DNA of 64,000 nt from a virus. Shown in pieces: positions 48,258-57,433 of the stretch (positions are counted from its first letter, which is position 1; every line of letters begins with the position of its first letter). Below the pieces are notes generated by a model that was given only the letters and a program-made list of their open reading frames with translations, did no database searches and was not told where the DNA came from. The position numbers were made by a program, and so were the translations under genes. The stretch is taken from IMG/VR virus record IMGVR_UViG_3300033064_001806, positions 1-64,000 of that record. One strand, 5' to 3'.

Positions 48258-49478
48258 ATGTTTCAAGATAAATCGTGCGTTTGTGTTCCATTACTTTCAA
48301 ATTGGAACAAACATTCTTCTGATACCGCAGTAATTGGTCTGTACTTTCGATTCACCGATGGTACAGATAGGTATATTAACTTTACACATCCAGATGAACT
48401 AGATTCCGATATTCAATTAACTCAGATTAAGTTATCCTCAACTTCTCTTGTGTTTAACAAGAAGGCAATGCTTTATCATGGGTTCAATGAAGGTATTGAT
48501 TTGAATTCATACTTACATTATTACGCTGGTGATAGTATTAATCCAAGAGAATTTTATCCAAAGGGGATGGAAGTTTTATCCACTAAGTTCTTTAGAATAG
48601 AAGATTTAGGTCATGTTATACCGTTGGCGAATCAATTGGAGTGGGCAAAGAAGATTGGGGAATATGTTTTGGGGTTTGAACAGTTTAGAAGTGAAATGAC
48701 AATAACTGAACAATGTATTGATTATTGCAATGACTTTACTAATGTTTTTTATGAAATAGAAAAGAATGAAATTCTTGTTGGTGATGAACGTAAAAAGCAA
48801 AACTATATGTGGTATACCGCAACAAGTAGACCGAGCAATGCGTGGAATAACTTTAACTTTTCTGCATTGAATAAAAAAGACGGTACACGGAATAAAATTC
48901 ACTCAAGATTTGAAGGTGGGAAAATAGTTCAGTTTGATTATGACGCTTTCCATATTAAGTTATTAGCAAAGATTTTAGATTATAAATTCGATTACCACCC
49001 ATATGAACAAATAAAAGCAGAATTAGGAATGAATGGTGAGTATGACGCATTCAAAACAAGAGTGTTTCAAAACATCTATGGTAGAATAACACCAGACTTT
49101 ATTCAACATCCATTCTTCCAACGTGTACAAGTGGTTATAGATCAGTTGTGGGAAGGGTATGAAAAGGATGGTTATGTTGATTCTCACTTCTATGGCAAAC
49201 TATTCAGAGGTATTCAAGATCCAACACCGAATAAAGTATTTAATTATATACTTCAATCGTTAGAAACTGAATATAATGTGAAAAAGATTAAAACTGTTTT
49301 ACCTGTTATTAACGATAAAAAGTCCATTTTCTCTATGTATTTGTACGATGCGTTCGTGTTTGATATACATCCAGACGAAGAAAACCTAATAAATCTATTA
49401 AAAAATATTTTTGAAACTGATGGAATGACAGTAAAAGTTTATGCTGGTGATGACTTTGGTGCTATTAAAAGAATTTAA
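48258..49478 (+). CDS. Compact, divergent family A DNA polymerase-like protein
   Basis: TATSRPSN..NFSALNK, motif A QFDYDAFH, motif B K...F...YG, NYILQS.E.E, motif C YLYDA. Confidence 0.75.
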   Translation: MFQDKSCVCVPLLSNWNKHSSDTAVIGLYFRFTDGTDRYINFTHPDELDSDIQLTQIKLSSTSLVFNKKAMLYHGFNEGIDLNSYLHYYAGDSINPREFYPKGMEVLSTKFFRIEDLGHVIPLANQLEWAKKIGEYVLGFEQFRSEMTITEQCIDYCNDFTNVFYEIEKNEILVGDERKKQNYMWYTATSRPSNAWNNFNFSALNKKDGTRNKIHSRFEGGKIVQFDYDAFHIKLLAKILDYKFDYHPYEQIKAELGMNGEYDAFKTRVFQNIYGRITPDFIQHPFFQRVQVVIDQLWEGYEKDGYVDSHFYGKLFRGIQDPTPNKVFNYILQSLETEYNVKKIKTVLPVINDKKSIFSMYLYDAFVFDIHPDEENLINLLKNIFETDGMTVKVYAGDDFGAIKRI

Positions 49479-49526
49479 TTTGATATTTATGTAAGTACAA
49501 TTTATGTAAAAATTGAGAGAGAATTA

Positions 49527-49916
49527 TTGAAAACGCAGTTGGTATGTACTTTTGCTAAAAAATATCAAATAGAAAGAACGCTGGATAATATAAAAGAAAA
49601 TTTTAATGTATTAAACAACAAAGTTTTCTTATTCCGTTCTTTTGATGTTAAAGATGAATGCATCCTTTCTTATAATATTATAATGGATACATATAAAAAG
49701 TTTTTACCCAATTCAATCATGGTTCATCAGAAGAAAGAAACAAATACGATATATACGATAAACGCTTTAAACGAACTGATTATGAACTTGAATAATGGTG
49801 TATTGGATAAAACGTATCCTATTGAATGGGAAAGATATAGAAATTGTGCTTTATTGAAAAATAAAGACGGTTTCAAGGTTGTTAAAATAATACTAGTTAA
49901 TATATATAATTTATAA
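49527..49916 (+). CDS. Hypothetical protein downstream of the PolA-like gene
   Basis: QLVCTF...H.KKETNT.YTINALN..I...N.G.LD....W..Y; TTG start. Confidence 0.6.
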   Translation: MKTQLVCTFAKKYQIERTLDNIKENFNVLNNKVFLFRSFDVKDECILSYNIIMDTYKKFLPNSIMVHQKKETNTIYTINALNELIMNLNNGVLDKTYPIEWERYRNCALLKNKDGFKVVKIILVNIYNL

Positions 49917-49964
49917 ACAATTATATTTATAGTATATGTATTACATTATATATTAGAAGAAAAT

Positions 49965-50282
49965 ATGAAAAAAGAAGAACTTGTAGAAGTAATTACACAG
50001 AGAGTACTTGAAACACTCAGCGAACGAATTTCATTATTGGAATCGAGTGGATTTGATATTATATTCAGTTCTCTTAGAAAAGAGTTGAATAAAATAACTA
50101 TACTTCCAGATAATGTAATTGACGCAAGCCAGTATAAAGAACACGAATTAGTCGATGCTTTGAAGAAAATTGGTTATGAGTATAAAAAACCAATGGGTAA
50201 TAAACTACATTTTTTTAATAAAAAAACAAGTATAAGTCTTTATCTAATTCAGAAAACTTTGAAAATAACACTTATGCCATAA
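49965..50282 (+). CDS. Hypothetical protein with helical leader (probable head cargo)
   Basis: MKKEELVEVI...LSE...LLES leader. Confidence 0.55.
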   Translation: MKKEELVEVITQRVLETLSERISLLESSGFDIIFSSLRKELNKITILPDNVIDASQYKEHELVDALKKIGYEYKKPMGNKLHFFNKKTSISLYLIQKTLKITLMP

Positions 50283-50292
50283 GAGACATTAA

Positions 50293-51162
50293 ATGAAAAA
50301 AACACAGACTAAAAAAGTACGTATTATTAAAGAAGATGTTTCTTCTGCAAATATAAGCCCCATAAGTTACATGGTGTTTATAGATATTTCTAGTTATCTA
50401 TCCAAAGGTCGTGGTTTATTAAATTCTATGTTTTCAAGTAAAGCAACTGAATCTATTACAAAATGGTTTGGTAGAGTAAAAGAAGACGAAACTTATAAGG
50501 AAAATGAAGAGGCATTCAAAGCCATTTCTTCAAGATTTATGGGCAATCCTATTTTGAAAAAACTTTATAGTTCAATAGACAAACTTAAAACCATTTCAAC
50601 TGGCGAAACAGATCAAAGTGAAAGAGATAAAGATATTGAAAACTTATTGGGTAAAATAAGTTTATTTATTAAAAATAGACTTACAAAAAAAGACAGGGAA
50701 CTTATTGGTAAAATTTCAACTGTAGTTAATTCGATTGGTAATAATATTTCTTCTACCATAAAATCAGACTTAGAAGTAATGACAAAAGCAGAAGCACCTG
50801 CACCAATCCAGTCAAAATCTAATGAAGAAAAACCAAAAGTAGAAGGAAAAGTAAATGAAAGACTAAAAAATAAGTTGCGTAAGAAAATCAAAGAAATAAT
50901 TAGAACTCAGATGCTAACCCCAAAATTAACTAAAGAAACTCCATTGTATGACATTGCAGCCCTTATTAGGAAAGATTGGAAGAATGTTTATCTCGGTGCT
51001 AAACCTTATCTTGATGCAATGAGTAAGCTCACTAATATATCAGATAGACATGGTGCAGATGATGCTAAAACTATTGTTCTTTATTTTCTTTCTAATGCTT
51101 CTGCATGGAGAGGAGATACAGCAAAGGCAGTAAAGGCTCATCTTAAATCATTAGTCAAGTAA
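50293..51162 (+). CDS. Hypothetical two-module protein (probable head cargo)
   Basis: IIKE and VNE sites, LRKKIKEII helix; distinct C-terminal helical domain after TKE. Confidence 0.55.
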   Translation: MKKTQTKKVRIIKEDVSSANISPISYMVFIDISSYLSKGRGLLNSMFSSKATESITKWFGRVKEDETYKENEEAFKAISSRFMGNPILKKLYSSIDKLKTISTGETDQSERDKDIENLLGKISLFIKNRLTKKDRELIGKISTVVNSIGNNISSTIKSDLEVMTKAEAPAPIQSKSNEEKPKVEGKVNERLKNKLRKKIKEIIRTQMLTPKLTKETPLYDIAALIRKDWKNVYLGAKPYLDAMSKLTNISDRHGADDAKTIVLYFLSNASAWRGDTAKAVKAHLKSLVK

Positions 51163-51251
51163 ATATTATTTTACATAACATTATTAAATTAAAGTAAATT
51201 GAGAGTGGGTATAATGAAAAAGCAAAAAGACTTAGTGAAAAAAAACAATAA

Positions 51252-51887
51252 ATGTACGTGATAAAGTTAATAGATATATTAAAAGAAATGGGGATTGATA
51301 AAGGTGCGTTCCATGGATTTGGAATGAAACCACAAGATATGCGTGTTGATAGTTGCAATGTGGAATGGACAAGTCCAGACCAAGATACTGGTTGCCCTGC
51401 GTTTTCTGATTCAACTAAAATTACAGAAGAAGATATTACCAAGGCAATCGAATATCTAAATACGGAAAAACTAAAAACATTAATAGCATATTCAAGGGGT
51501 GGTGCAATATTATTACAAGCGTTATCTATGGGTGCTAAGAAACCATCAACAGTTTATTTAGTGGCTCCTGCTTGGAATAGACAATGGCCTACTGTGAGTT
51601 TAACTGGTTCTGAAGTAAACGGAAGTGGTGCAATAATTCATGGTGGTAGTGATAATGTAGTTCCATTAAAACATTCTGTAATATTAGCAAAGGCAAGTGG
51701 TATGCCATTATATGTGTTCCTTGGAATGAATCATGTTAGCATATTAAAAAACAAAGATAATCCAACTTCTGGAATACTATTGAAAAATTTAGAAAATGCT
51801 ATGGAGGTTTTGCCAGATTGGGGTGCAAGTGGAAAAGCAACGGAAGAAGAGTTAAAAATGCAAGAAGAGTTTATAAATAATATTTGA
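51252..51887 (+). CDS. Alpha/beta hydrolase with IKLIDILKE leader
   Basis: AYSRGG nucleophile elbow, IIHG..D.VVP Asp, GMNH His. Confidence 0.8.
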   Translation: MYVIKLIDILKEMGIDKGAFHGFGMKPQDMRVDSCNVEWTSPDQDTGCPAFSDSTKITEEDITKAIEYLNTEKLKTLIAYSRGGAILLQALSMGAKKPSTVYLVAPAWNRQWPTVSLTGSEVNGSGAIIHGGSDNVVPLKHSVILAKASGMPLYVFLGMNHVSILKNKDNPTSGILLKNLENAMEVLPDWGASGKATEEELKMQEEFINNI

Positions 51888-52795
51888 GAAAAATTATCAG
51901 TAAATTAAGTGTATTATTAAATGAAGTTAGAGACTTCAGAAAAAATGCAATAGATAATGCTAAATTTCGCCTTAGAGAAACATTCATTAATGAAGAAGGT
52001 GAAGACAAATCACAAGATGAAATAAAGGCAATTCTGAAAAAAGATTACTCTTCTTTTGTTAAAGAGTTGGGTGATAATATAAAAGATGAAAAATTTCTAA
52101 ACGCTATAAAATCACTTTCTAACACATCACCTCTTAAAGTATCAGGAATGTCTCCCGTAGTTACAGATTTACAACCAACACAGAATGAAGTTATAATGGA
52201 TAAATCTTTAAGTTATCCACTAACAGATGTACCAAGTGCCGAACAATACTTAAAAGGTGGAGTGGTTGCCGTTGCAGGTAAATCAATTATAACATCAGGT
52301 GGTGGTAAGTATGTAATAGATGGACATCACAGATGGTCGCAAGTGTTGTGTATCAATCCAGACGCTAAAATTAAAGCATTAGATTTAACAGACATTAAAA
52401 AACCGATTGAAGCATTAAAAGCAACACAGATTGGAATAGCTGCACAAACAGGTGCAGTTCCAACCGCAGCAGGTGGTGGAGTAAACCTTTTTACAGTTGG
52501 TGAGGGTGAGTTAAAAAAATATGTTATTGATAAAATAAAAGAACCAGTTGTTGCTGTATTTGAAAAATATGGTAAAGGTGATACACCAGAAACAATTGCA
52601 GATTATATTTGGGAAAATGTTCAAATACTTAAAAAACAATCTCCCCCAGTAGCAGGTGCACCTAAACGTGATGTGATGCCACAAACAGATGATGCACCAC
52701 AATGGGTTGACAATACTTTCAATGTAGAACAAATACCAGAAGAATTAACTAATCGATTCAAAGAACTATTACGGTATAACAACAGAAATAAATAA
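51884..52795 (+). CDS. ParB/Srx-N domain protein (paralog of 21004..22008)
   Basis: LQPTQ.EV, YVIDGHHRWS, P.R..MP; KLSVLLNE leader; TTG start. Confidence 0.75.
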   Translation: MRKIISKLSVLLNEVRDFRKNAIDNAKFRLRETFINEEGEDKSQDEIKAILKKDYSSFVKELGDNIKDEKFLNAIKSLSNTSPLKVSGMSPVVTDLQPTQNEVIMDKSLSYPLTDVPSAEQYLKGGVVAVAGKSIITSGGGKYVIDGHHRWSQVLCINPDAKIKALDLTDIKKPIEALKATQIGIAAQTGAVPTAAGGGVNLFTVGEGELKKYVIDKIKEPVVAVFEKYGKGDTPETIADYIWENVQILKKQSPPVAGAPKRDVMPQTDDAPQWVDNTFNVEQIPEELTNRFKELLRYNNRNK

Positions 52796-52801
52796 AATCA
52801 C

Positions 52802-52830
52802 TGGGGACAAAATGTCCCCATGTTTATTTT
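52802..52830 (+). terminator. Hairpin/palindrome (terminator or operator)
   Basis: TGGGGACA-aaa-TGTCCCCA followed by a T-rich tract. Confidence 0.6.
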
Positions 52831-52838
52831 ACATAAGA

Positions 52839-52870
52839 TTTGAATATTAAACATTAAAACATTATATTTG
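52839..52870 (+). promoter_or_regulatory. Bacteroidota sigma70-type promoter for the replication operon
   Basis: TTTG 52839-52842, 20-nt spacer, TATATTTG 52863-52870. Confidence 0.75.
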
Positions 52871-52930
52871 TACTAACATATTGAACGATATGAGTTCAAC
52901 ATTATTTATTATTTATTAAGGAGTTACATC

Positions 52931-53701
52931 ATGGCTATCAATCTTGATGCAATTAAAAATCGTTTGTCTTCATTAAAAAACACAAACAATCGTGTTTCAA
53001 ACATTTGGAAACCAGAACCAGGTGAACATCAAATCCGAATTGTTCCTTATGTTCACAACTTAGAAAATCCATTCATTGACCTTTACTTTCATTACAACAT
53101 AGGAAAGCGGTCTATTCTTTCTCCTGTAACATATGGTCGCCCTGACCCTATTCTTGAGTTTGCTGAGAAGTTAAAACAAACAGGTGACAAAGAAGATTGG
53201 CTAATGGGAAGAAAGCTCGAACCAAAAATGAGAACATATTTACCAGTTATTATCCGTGGACAAGAATCTGAGGGTGTAAAGTTTTGGGGATTTGGTAAAA
53301 TGATTTATGAAGAACTTTTAACATTTTTTGCTGATGAAGATTACGGTGATTTATCCGATCCTAAAAATGGGCGTGATATTGTAGTTACTGTTAAGTCAGC
53401 AGAAGAAATCGGTAAGTCTTATGCAGAAACATCTATTCGTGTTAAACCAAAACAAACACCACTTACAGAAAATGCTGCGGTTCTTGAGAAAGTTAAACAG
53501 CAACCAAAAATCAATGAACTTTATCCAGAACCAACTTATGATGAATTAAAATCCCAATTACAAACTTGGATGGGAACTACACACGAAGATGTTGTAAAAA
53601 GTTCTACAAACAACACATATGGTAAAACCAGTAATTCAGAAGAACATACAAAAGCGGTAACTTCTTCAACAGTTGCTTCTTCTTTCGATGACTTATTTTA
53701 A
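52931..53701 (+). CDS. Single-stranded DNA-binding protein (gp32-like)
   Basis: WKP..G...IRIVP, GVKFWGFGK.IY..L, D..D...GRD, acidic FDDLF tail. Confidence 0.85.
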   Translation: MAINLDAIKNRLSSLKNTNNRVSNIWKPEPGEHQIRIVPYVHNLENPFIDLYFHYNIGKRSILSPVTYGRPDPILEFAEKLKQTGDKEDWLMGRKLEPKMRTYLPVIIRGQESEGVKFWGFGKMIYEELLTFFADEDYGDLSDPKNGRDIVVTVKSAEEIGKSYAETSIRVKPKQTPLTENAAVLEKVKQQPKINELYPEPTYDELKSQLQTWMGTTHEDVVKSSTNNTYGKTSNSEEHTKAVTSSTVASSFDDLF

Positions 53702-53715
53702 TAGGGATATACGTT

Positions 53716-54861
53716 ATGGCAAAATCAAAGAGTGACTTATCCGATGAACTCGGTGGAGTTATTGCAGAAACAATAAATAAAAAGTTCAAAGAACAGCATT
53801 TTAAAACCGCTTATTTTCTTGAGGGTGATAGTGATGCACCCACGATTGTAAAAGAATGGGTTGGTACTGGCTCAACAATTCTTGATTTGGCAATTTCAAA
53901 TCGTAAGAATGGTGGATTTCCAGTAGGTAGAGTGTGTGAAATAACAGGATTAGAACAATCAGGTAAATCTCTATTAGCAGCACACGCTCTACTAAACACT
54001 CAAAGAAAAGGCGGACTTGCAGTTTACATAGACACAGAAAATGCTATCTCTACTGAATATCTAACCGCAATTGGTTTGAACCTTAAAGACATGCTCTACA
54101 TTCCATTGGATACAATGGAAGATGTGTTTGAAGCGGTTGAGGTTATTATTGAGAAGGTTCGTTCTTCCGATAAAAATAAATTGGTTACAATAGTTATTGA
54201 TTCTATTGCCGGTGCATCTACTAAAACAGAGATGGCTGCAGATTTTGATAAAGATGGTTATGCTACTGCAAAGGCACTTATCATTTCAAAGGCAATGAGA
54301 AAAATAACAAATTTAATCGGTAGAGAACGCATTTGTCTTATTATCACAAATCAACTTCGTCAAAAACTAAATGCACCTGCATTTTCAGACCAATGGACTG
54401 CACCCGGTGGTAAAGCACTTCCGTTTCATGCTTCCGTTCGTATTCGTCTCTCTTCAATCGGTTCAATTAAAGTAAAGGTTGAAGGACATGATGAAATCGT
54501 TGGTTCAAGAGTAAAGGCTAAATTAGTAAAGAACAGAGTTGGTCCACCACTACGAGAATGTGAATACGAGATTTATTTTGATTCTGGCATAGATGACTAC
54601 AGTAGTTGGCTTACCACGATGAAAGATTATAACCTTGTTGCACAAGCAGGTGCTTGGTATTCATGGACAAACAAAGAAACGGGCGAAGTTATTAAATTTC
54701 AATCGAAAGATTTTGTTGAAAAAATTATGAATCATCCAAAATTAAAAGAAATGGTTTATGATGAAATTGCTGATAAAGTAATTATGAAATACCAACAACT
54801 TGACTCTGCTCGTATTGATGAAGTAATTATTTCAAATCAGTCAATTGATACAGACGCATAA
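53716..54861 (+). CDS. uvsX: RecA/UvsX recombinase
   Basis: TGS..LD, GLEQSGKS, YIDTE, IDSIA, NQLR, PGGKALPFHASVR. Confidence 0.93.
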   Translation: MAKSKSDLSDELGGVIAETINKKFKEQHFKTAYFLEGDSDAPTIVKEWVGTGSTILDLAISNRKNGGFPVGRVCEITGLEQSGKSLLAAHALLNTQRKGGLAVYIDTENAISTEYLTAIGLNLKDMLYIPLDTMEDVFEAVEVIIEKVRSSDKNKLVTIVIDSIAGASTKTEMAADFDKDGYATAKALIISKAMRKITNLIGRERICLIITNQLRQKLNAPAFSDQWTAPGGKALPFHASVRIRLSSIGSIKVKVEGHDEIVGSRVKAKLVKNRVGPPLRECEYEIYFDSGIDDYSSWLTTMKDYNLVAQAGAWYSWTNKETGEVIKFQSKDFVEKIMNHPKLKEMVYDEIADKVIMKYQQLDSARIDEVIISNQSIDTDA

Positions 54862-55904
54862 TGAACAAGTATCAGAAACTACTTCAAGAAATAGAAACTG
54901 AGAAAGAACTACAAGGTAATTTACACCGCGATAGTAAGGTTTTGATTGTAGATGGGATGAACTTATTTATAAGAACATTCTCGGCTATTCCTTCATTAAA
55001 TGAAGATGGTCAACATATTGGTGGTCTATCTGGCTTTCTCAAATCACTTGCTGCAACAATTCGTATGACGAATCCAACACGAGTCGTGATTGTCTTTGAT
55101 GGGAAGGGTGGTTCACTAAGAAGAAAGAAAATATATTCAAATTACAAGGAAGGTAGAGCAAATAAATCTAAATTAAATAGGGTTGCGGGTTTTGAGAATC
55201 TTGAGGATGAACAAAAGTCTATGAGGTTTCAACTGTTTCGTCTGTTTACTTATTTACAGAATTTGCCATTAACCATTATATCGATGGATAATATTGAGGC
55301 TGATGATGTTATTGCCTACCTTTCTTTTTATTTGAAAGAAAAATCTGTTATATTATCGAATGATAGAGATTTTTTACAGTTGGTATCAGAACAAGTTTCT
55401 GTGTATTTACCAACGAAAAAAAAGTTATATACACCAGAAAATCTATTAGAAGAAACTGGAGTATGGTGTGAGAATTTTATTTTATTCAAAGCATTATTAG
55501 GCGATAAGAGTGATAACATTAAAGGTATTAGTGGGTTTGGTGAAAAAACAATATTGAAACACTTCCCAATACTTTCAGAAAAAAGAAAAATTGATTTAGA
55601 TATGTTCGTAGAATTTTGTAAATTGTATGATAATAAATCTAAAGCAATCAATGAACTCAAAAATAACATTAGTGTATTAGAAACTAACTATAAGCTTATG
55701 CAATTACACGATGTTGATATTTCACAAAGTTTTAAATCATCTATACGTGGCATGGTCGATGGTGAAATCCAAAAACTAAATAAAATTGAATTGGACAAAT
55801 TATTTATAGTAGATAAATTATACTCTGCTATACCTAATTTTGAACACTGGTTACAAAGAAATTTTGGAAATCTAAATACGATTCGGAATATATATGCAGG
55901 ATAA
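54861..55904 (+). CDS. 5'-3' exonuclease / T4 RNase H-like flap endonuclease
   Basis: IVDGMN, VFDG, YK.GR, EADDVIA, SNDRDFLQL, GDKSDNIKG..G.GEKT. Confidence 0.92.
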   Translation: MNKYQKLLQEIETEKELQGNLHRDSKVLIVDGMNLFIRTFSAIPSLNEDGQHIGGLSGFLKSLAATIRMTNPTRVVIVFDGKGGSLRRKKIYSNYKEGRANKSKLNRVAGFENLEDEQKSMRFQLFRLFTYLQNLPLTIISMDNIEADDVIAYLSFYLKEKSVILSNDRDFLQLVSEQVSVYLPTKKKLYTPENLLEETGVWCENFILFKALLGDKSDNIKGISGFGEKTILKHFPILSEKRKIDLDMFVEFCKLYDNKSKAINELKNNISVLETNYKLMQLHDVDISQSFKSSIRGMVDGEIQKLNKIELDKLFIVDKLYSAIPNFEHWLQRNFGNLNTIRNIYAG

Positions 55905-57246
55905 TTTATCCCAATACGGTCAAACGTTTCAAACAAAAGTAATTATTTCACTATTGAAAGATAGAGAATTCTTACAACAAGTGTCAGACCTTATAGATCC
56001 AACTTATTTTGAATCACAGGCAAACTCTTGGTTAGTTGAGAAGATTATTTCTTATTATGAGAAATATAAAAGCCCACCAACATCAGATGTATTCAAATCT
56101 GAATTACTAGTGGTAGAAGATAAAATATTGAAAACAACGGTAGTTGATGCACTTAAACAAGTAAAAAAGTACACAGACAATTCAGATGATGAGTATGTTA
56201 AAAATACTGTACTTGAATTTTGTAAAAATCAAAAGATGAAAATAGCGATATTAGAATCAGTTGATTTGTTAAGAAGTGGTAAGTATGATTTGATTAAAAA
56301 GAAAATTGATAATGCACTTAAAGCAGGAGCGGATAAAGATATTGGACATGAATATAAAATTGATGTAATATCTCGCTATGCAGAAGGTGCGAGAGTGTGT
56401 GTTCCAACTGGTTGGAATATTATAAATGACATTATGTCAGGTGGGTTAGCAGAAGGAGAACTTGGTGTACTAGTTGCACCAGCAGGTGGTGGTAAGTCAT
56501 GGGGCTTAGTGAGTGTTGCTGCAAATGCAGTTAAAGCAGGTAAACGTGTTATTTATTATACACTTGAATTGAATCAACATTATGTTGCAAGAAGATTCGA
56601 TGCTTACTTCACAAAGATTGCTTTTCAAAACTTAGGCGAAGAACACGCACAAGAAAAAATTAAATCGGCAATGGAGAACTTAAAAGGTGAATTGATTGTT
56701 AAATATTATCCAACAAAAACTCCATCGATTAACACACTCACTTCACATATCGAGAAATGTATTAGTCAAGGCAAACCACCCGATTTGATTATTGTTGATT
56801 ACGCAGACTTGATTAAACCCGCAAAAGCAGGTGATAAGAGATTAGAGTTAAACGATATTTACGAAGACCTTAGAGGAATTGCAGGTTTATATCAACTTCC
56901 AATTTGGACTGCTTCACAAGCAAATCGTTCTTCATTGGAAGACGATGTTATCGAAGGTGGTAAGGTTTCAGAATCATATAATAAAATGATGATTGCTGAC
57001 TTTGTAATGTCACTATCAAGGAAGTTAGATGACAAAGTTGGTGGCACAGGTAGATGGCATATTATTAAAAATAGGTTTGGTCCAGATGGCATGACGTTTC
57101 CAAGTAAGGTAAACACAATGACTGGCCATATAGAAATATACGAACCTAACTCCGATATGGGTAAAACTGTAACGGTTACTATGAAAGGTGAAAAGAATGT
57201 AAAGAAAGCACTTTCACAGAAATTCAAAGAATTAGAAGGATTCTAA
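55894..57246 (+). CDS. Replicative DnaB-like helicase (gp41-like)
   Basis: APAGGGKS, YTLEL, IIVDYADL, WTASQANR, KNRFG. Confidence 0.93.
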   Translation: MQDNLSQYGQTFQTKVIISLLKDREFLQQVSDLIDPTYFESQANSWLVEKIISYYEKYKSPPTSDVFKSELLVVEDKILKTTVVDALKQVKKYTDNSDDEYVKNTVLEFCKNQKMKIAILESVDLLRSGKYDLIKKKIDNALKAGADKDIGHEYKIDVISRYAEGARVCVPTGWNIINDIMSGGLAEGELGVLVAPAGGGKSWGLVSVAANAVKAGKRVIYYTLELNQHYVARRFDAYFTKIAFQNLGEEHAQEKIKSAMENLKGELIVKYYPTKTPSINTLTSHIEKCISQGKPPDLIIVDYADLIKPAKAGDKRLELNDIYEDLRGIAGLYQLPIWTASQANRSSLEDDVIEGGKVSESYNKMMIADFVMSLSRKLDDKVGGTGRWHIIKNRFGPDGMTFPSKVNTMTGHIEIYEPNSDMGKTVTVTMKGEKNVKKALSQKFKELEGF

Positions 57247-57305
57247 TACTTATACAATGCTATGTTATAAAGCAGAATTACCTAATTTTGAGTGGTGGGA
57301 CGGTG

Positions 57306-57348
57306 AAAAATGGGTTATGAAATAATTTTATTAAAACCCAATTTTTTT
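57306..57348 (+). terminator. Probable terminator after the helicase gene
   Basis: TGGGTT...AACCCA stem with extended AT pairing and a T7 tract. Confidence 0.55.
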
Positions 57349-57389
57349 AATCAAAACCATATACTTATTCGTATATGGTTTTGATTTTT
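57349..57389 (+). promoter_or_regulatory. Perfect 16-bp hairpin with ATACTTAT at stem top and loop, upstream of RNR
   Basis: AATCAAAACCATATAC-ttattc-GTATATGGTTTTGATT. Confidence 0.7.
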
Positions 57390-57433
57390 ATAATAAAAAT
57401 GACGTTTTCAATAAAAAAATGATGGAGAAATAA

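Noticed and set aside
57247-57433. tRNA or other known structured RNA in the larger intergenic gaps
   Set aside because: No cloverleaf or T-loop plus acceptor stem recognised by eye; tRNAscan-SE/Infernal would be needed to exclude this fully
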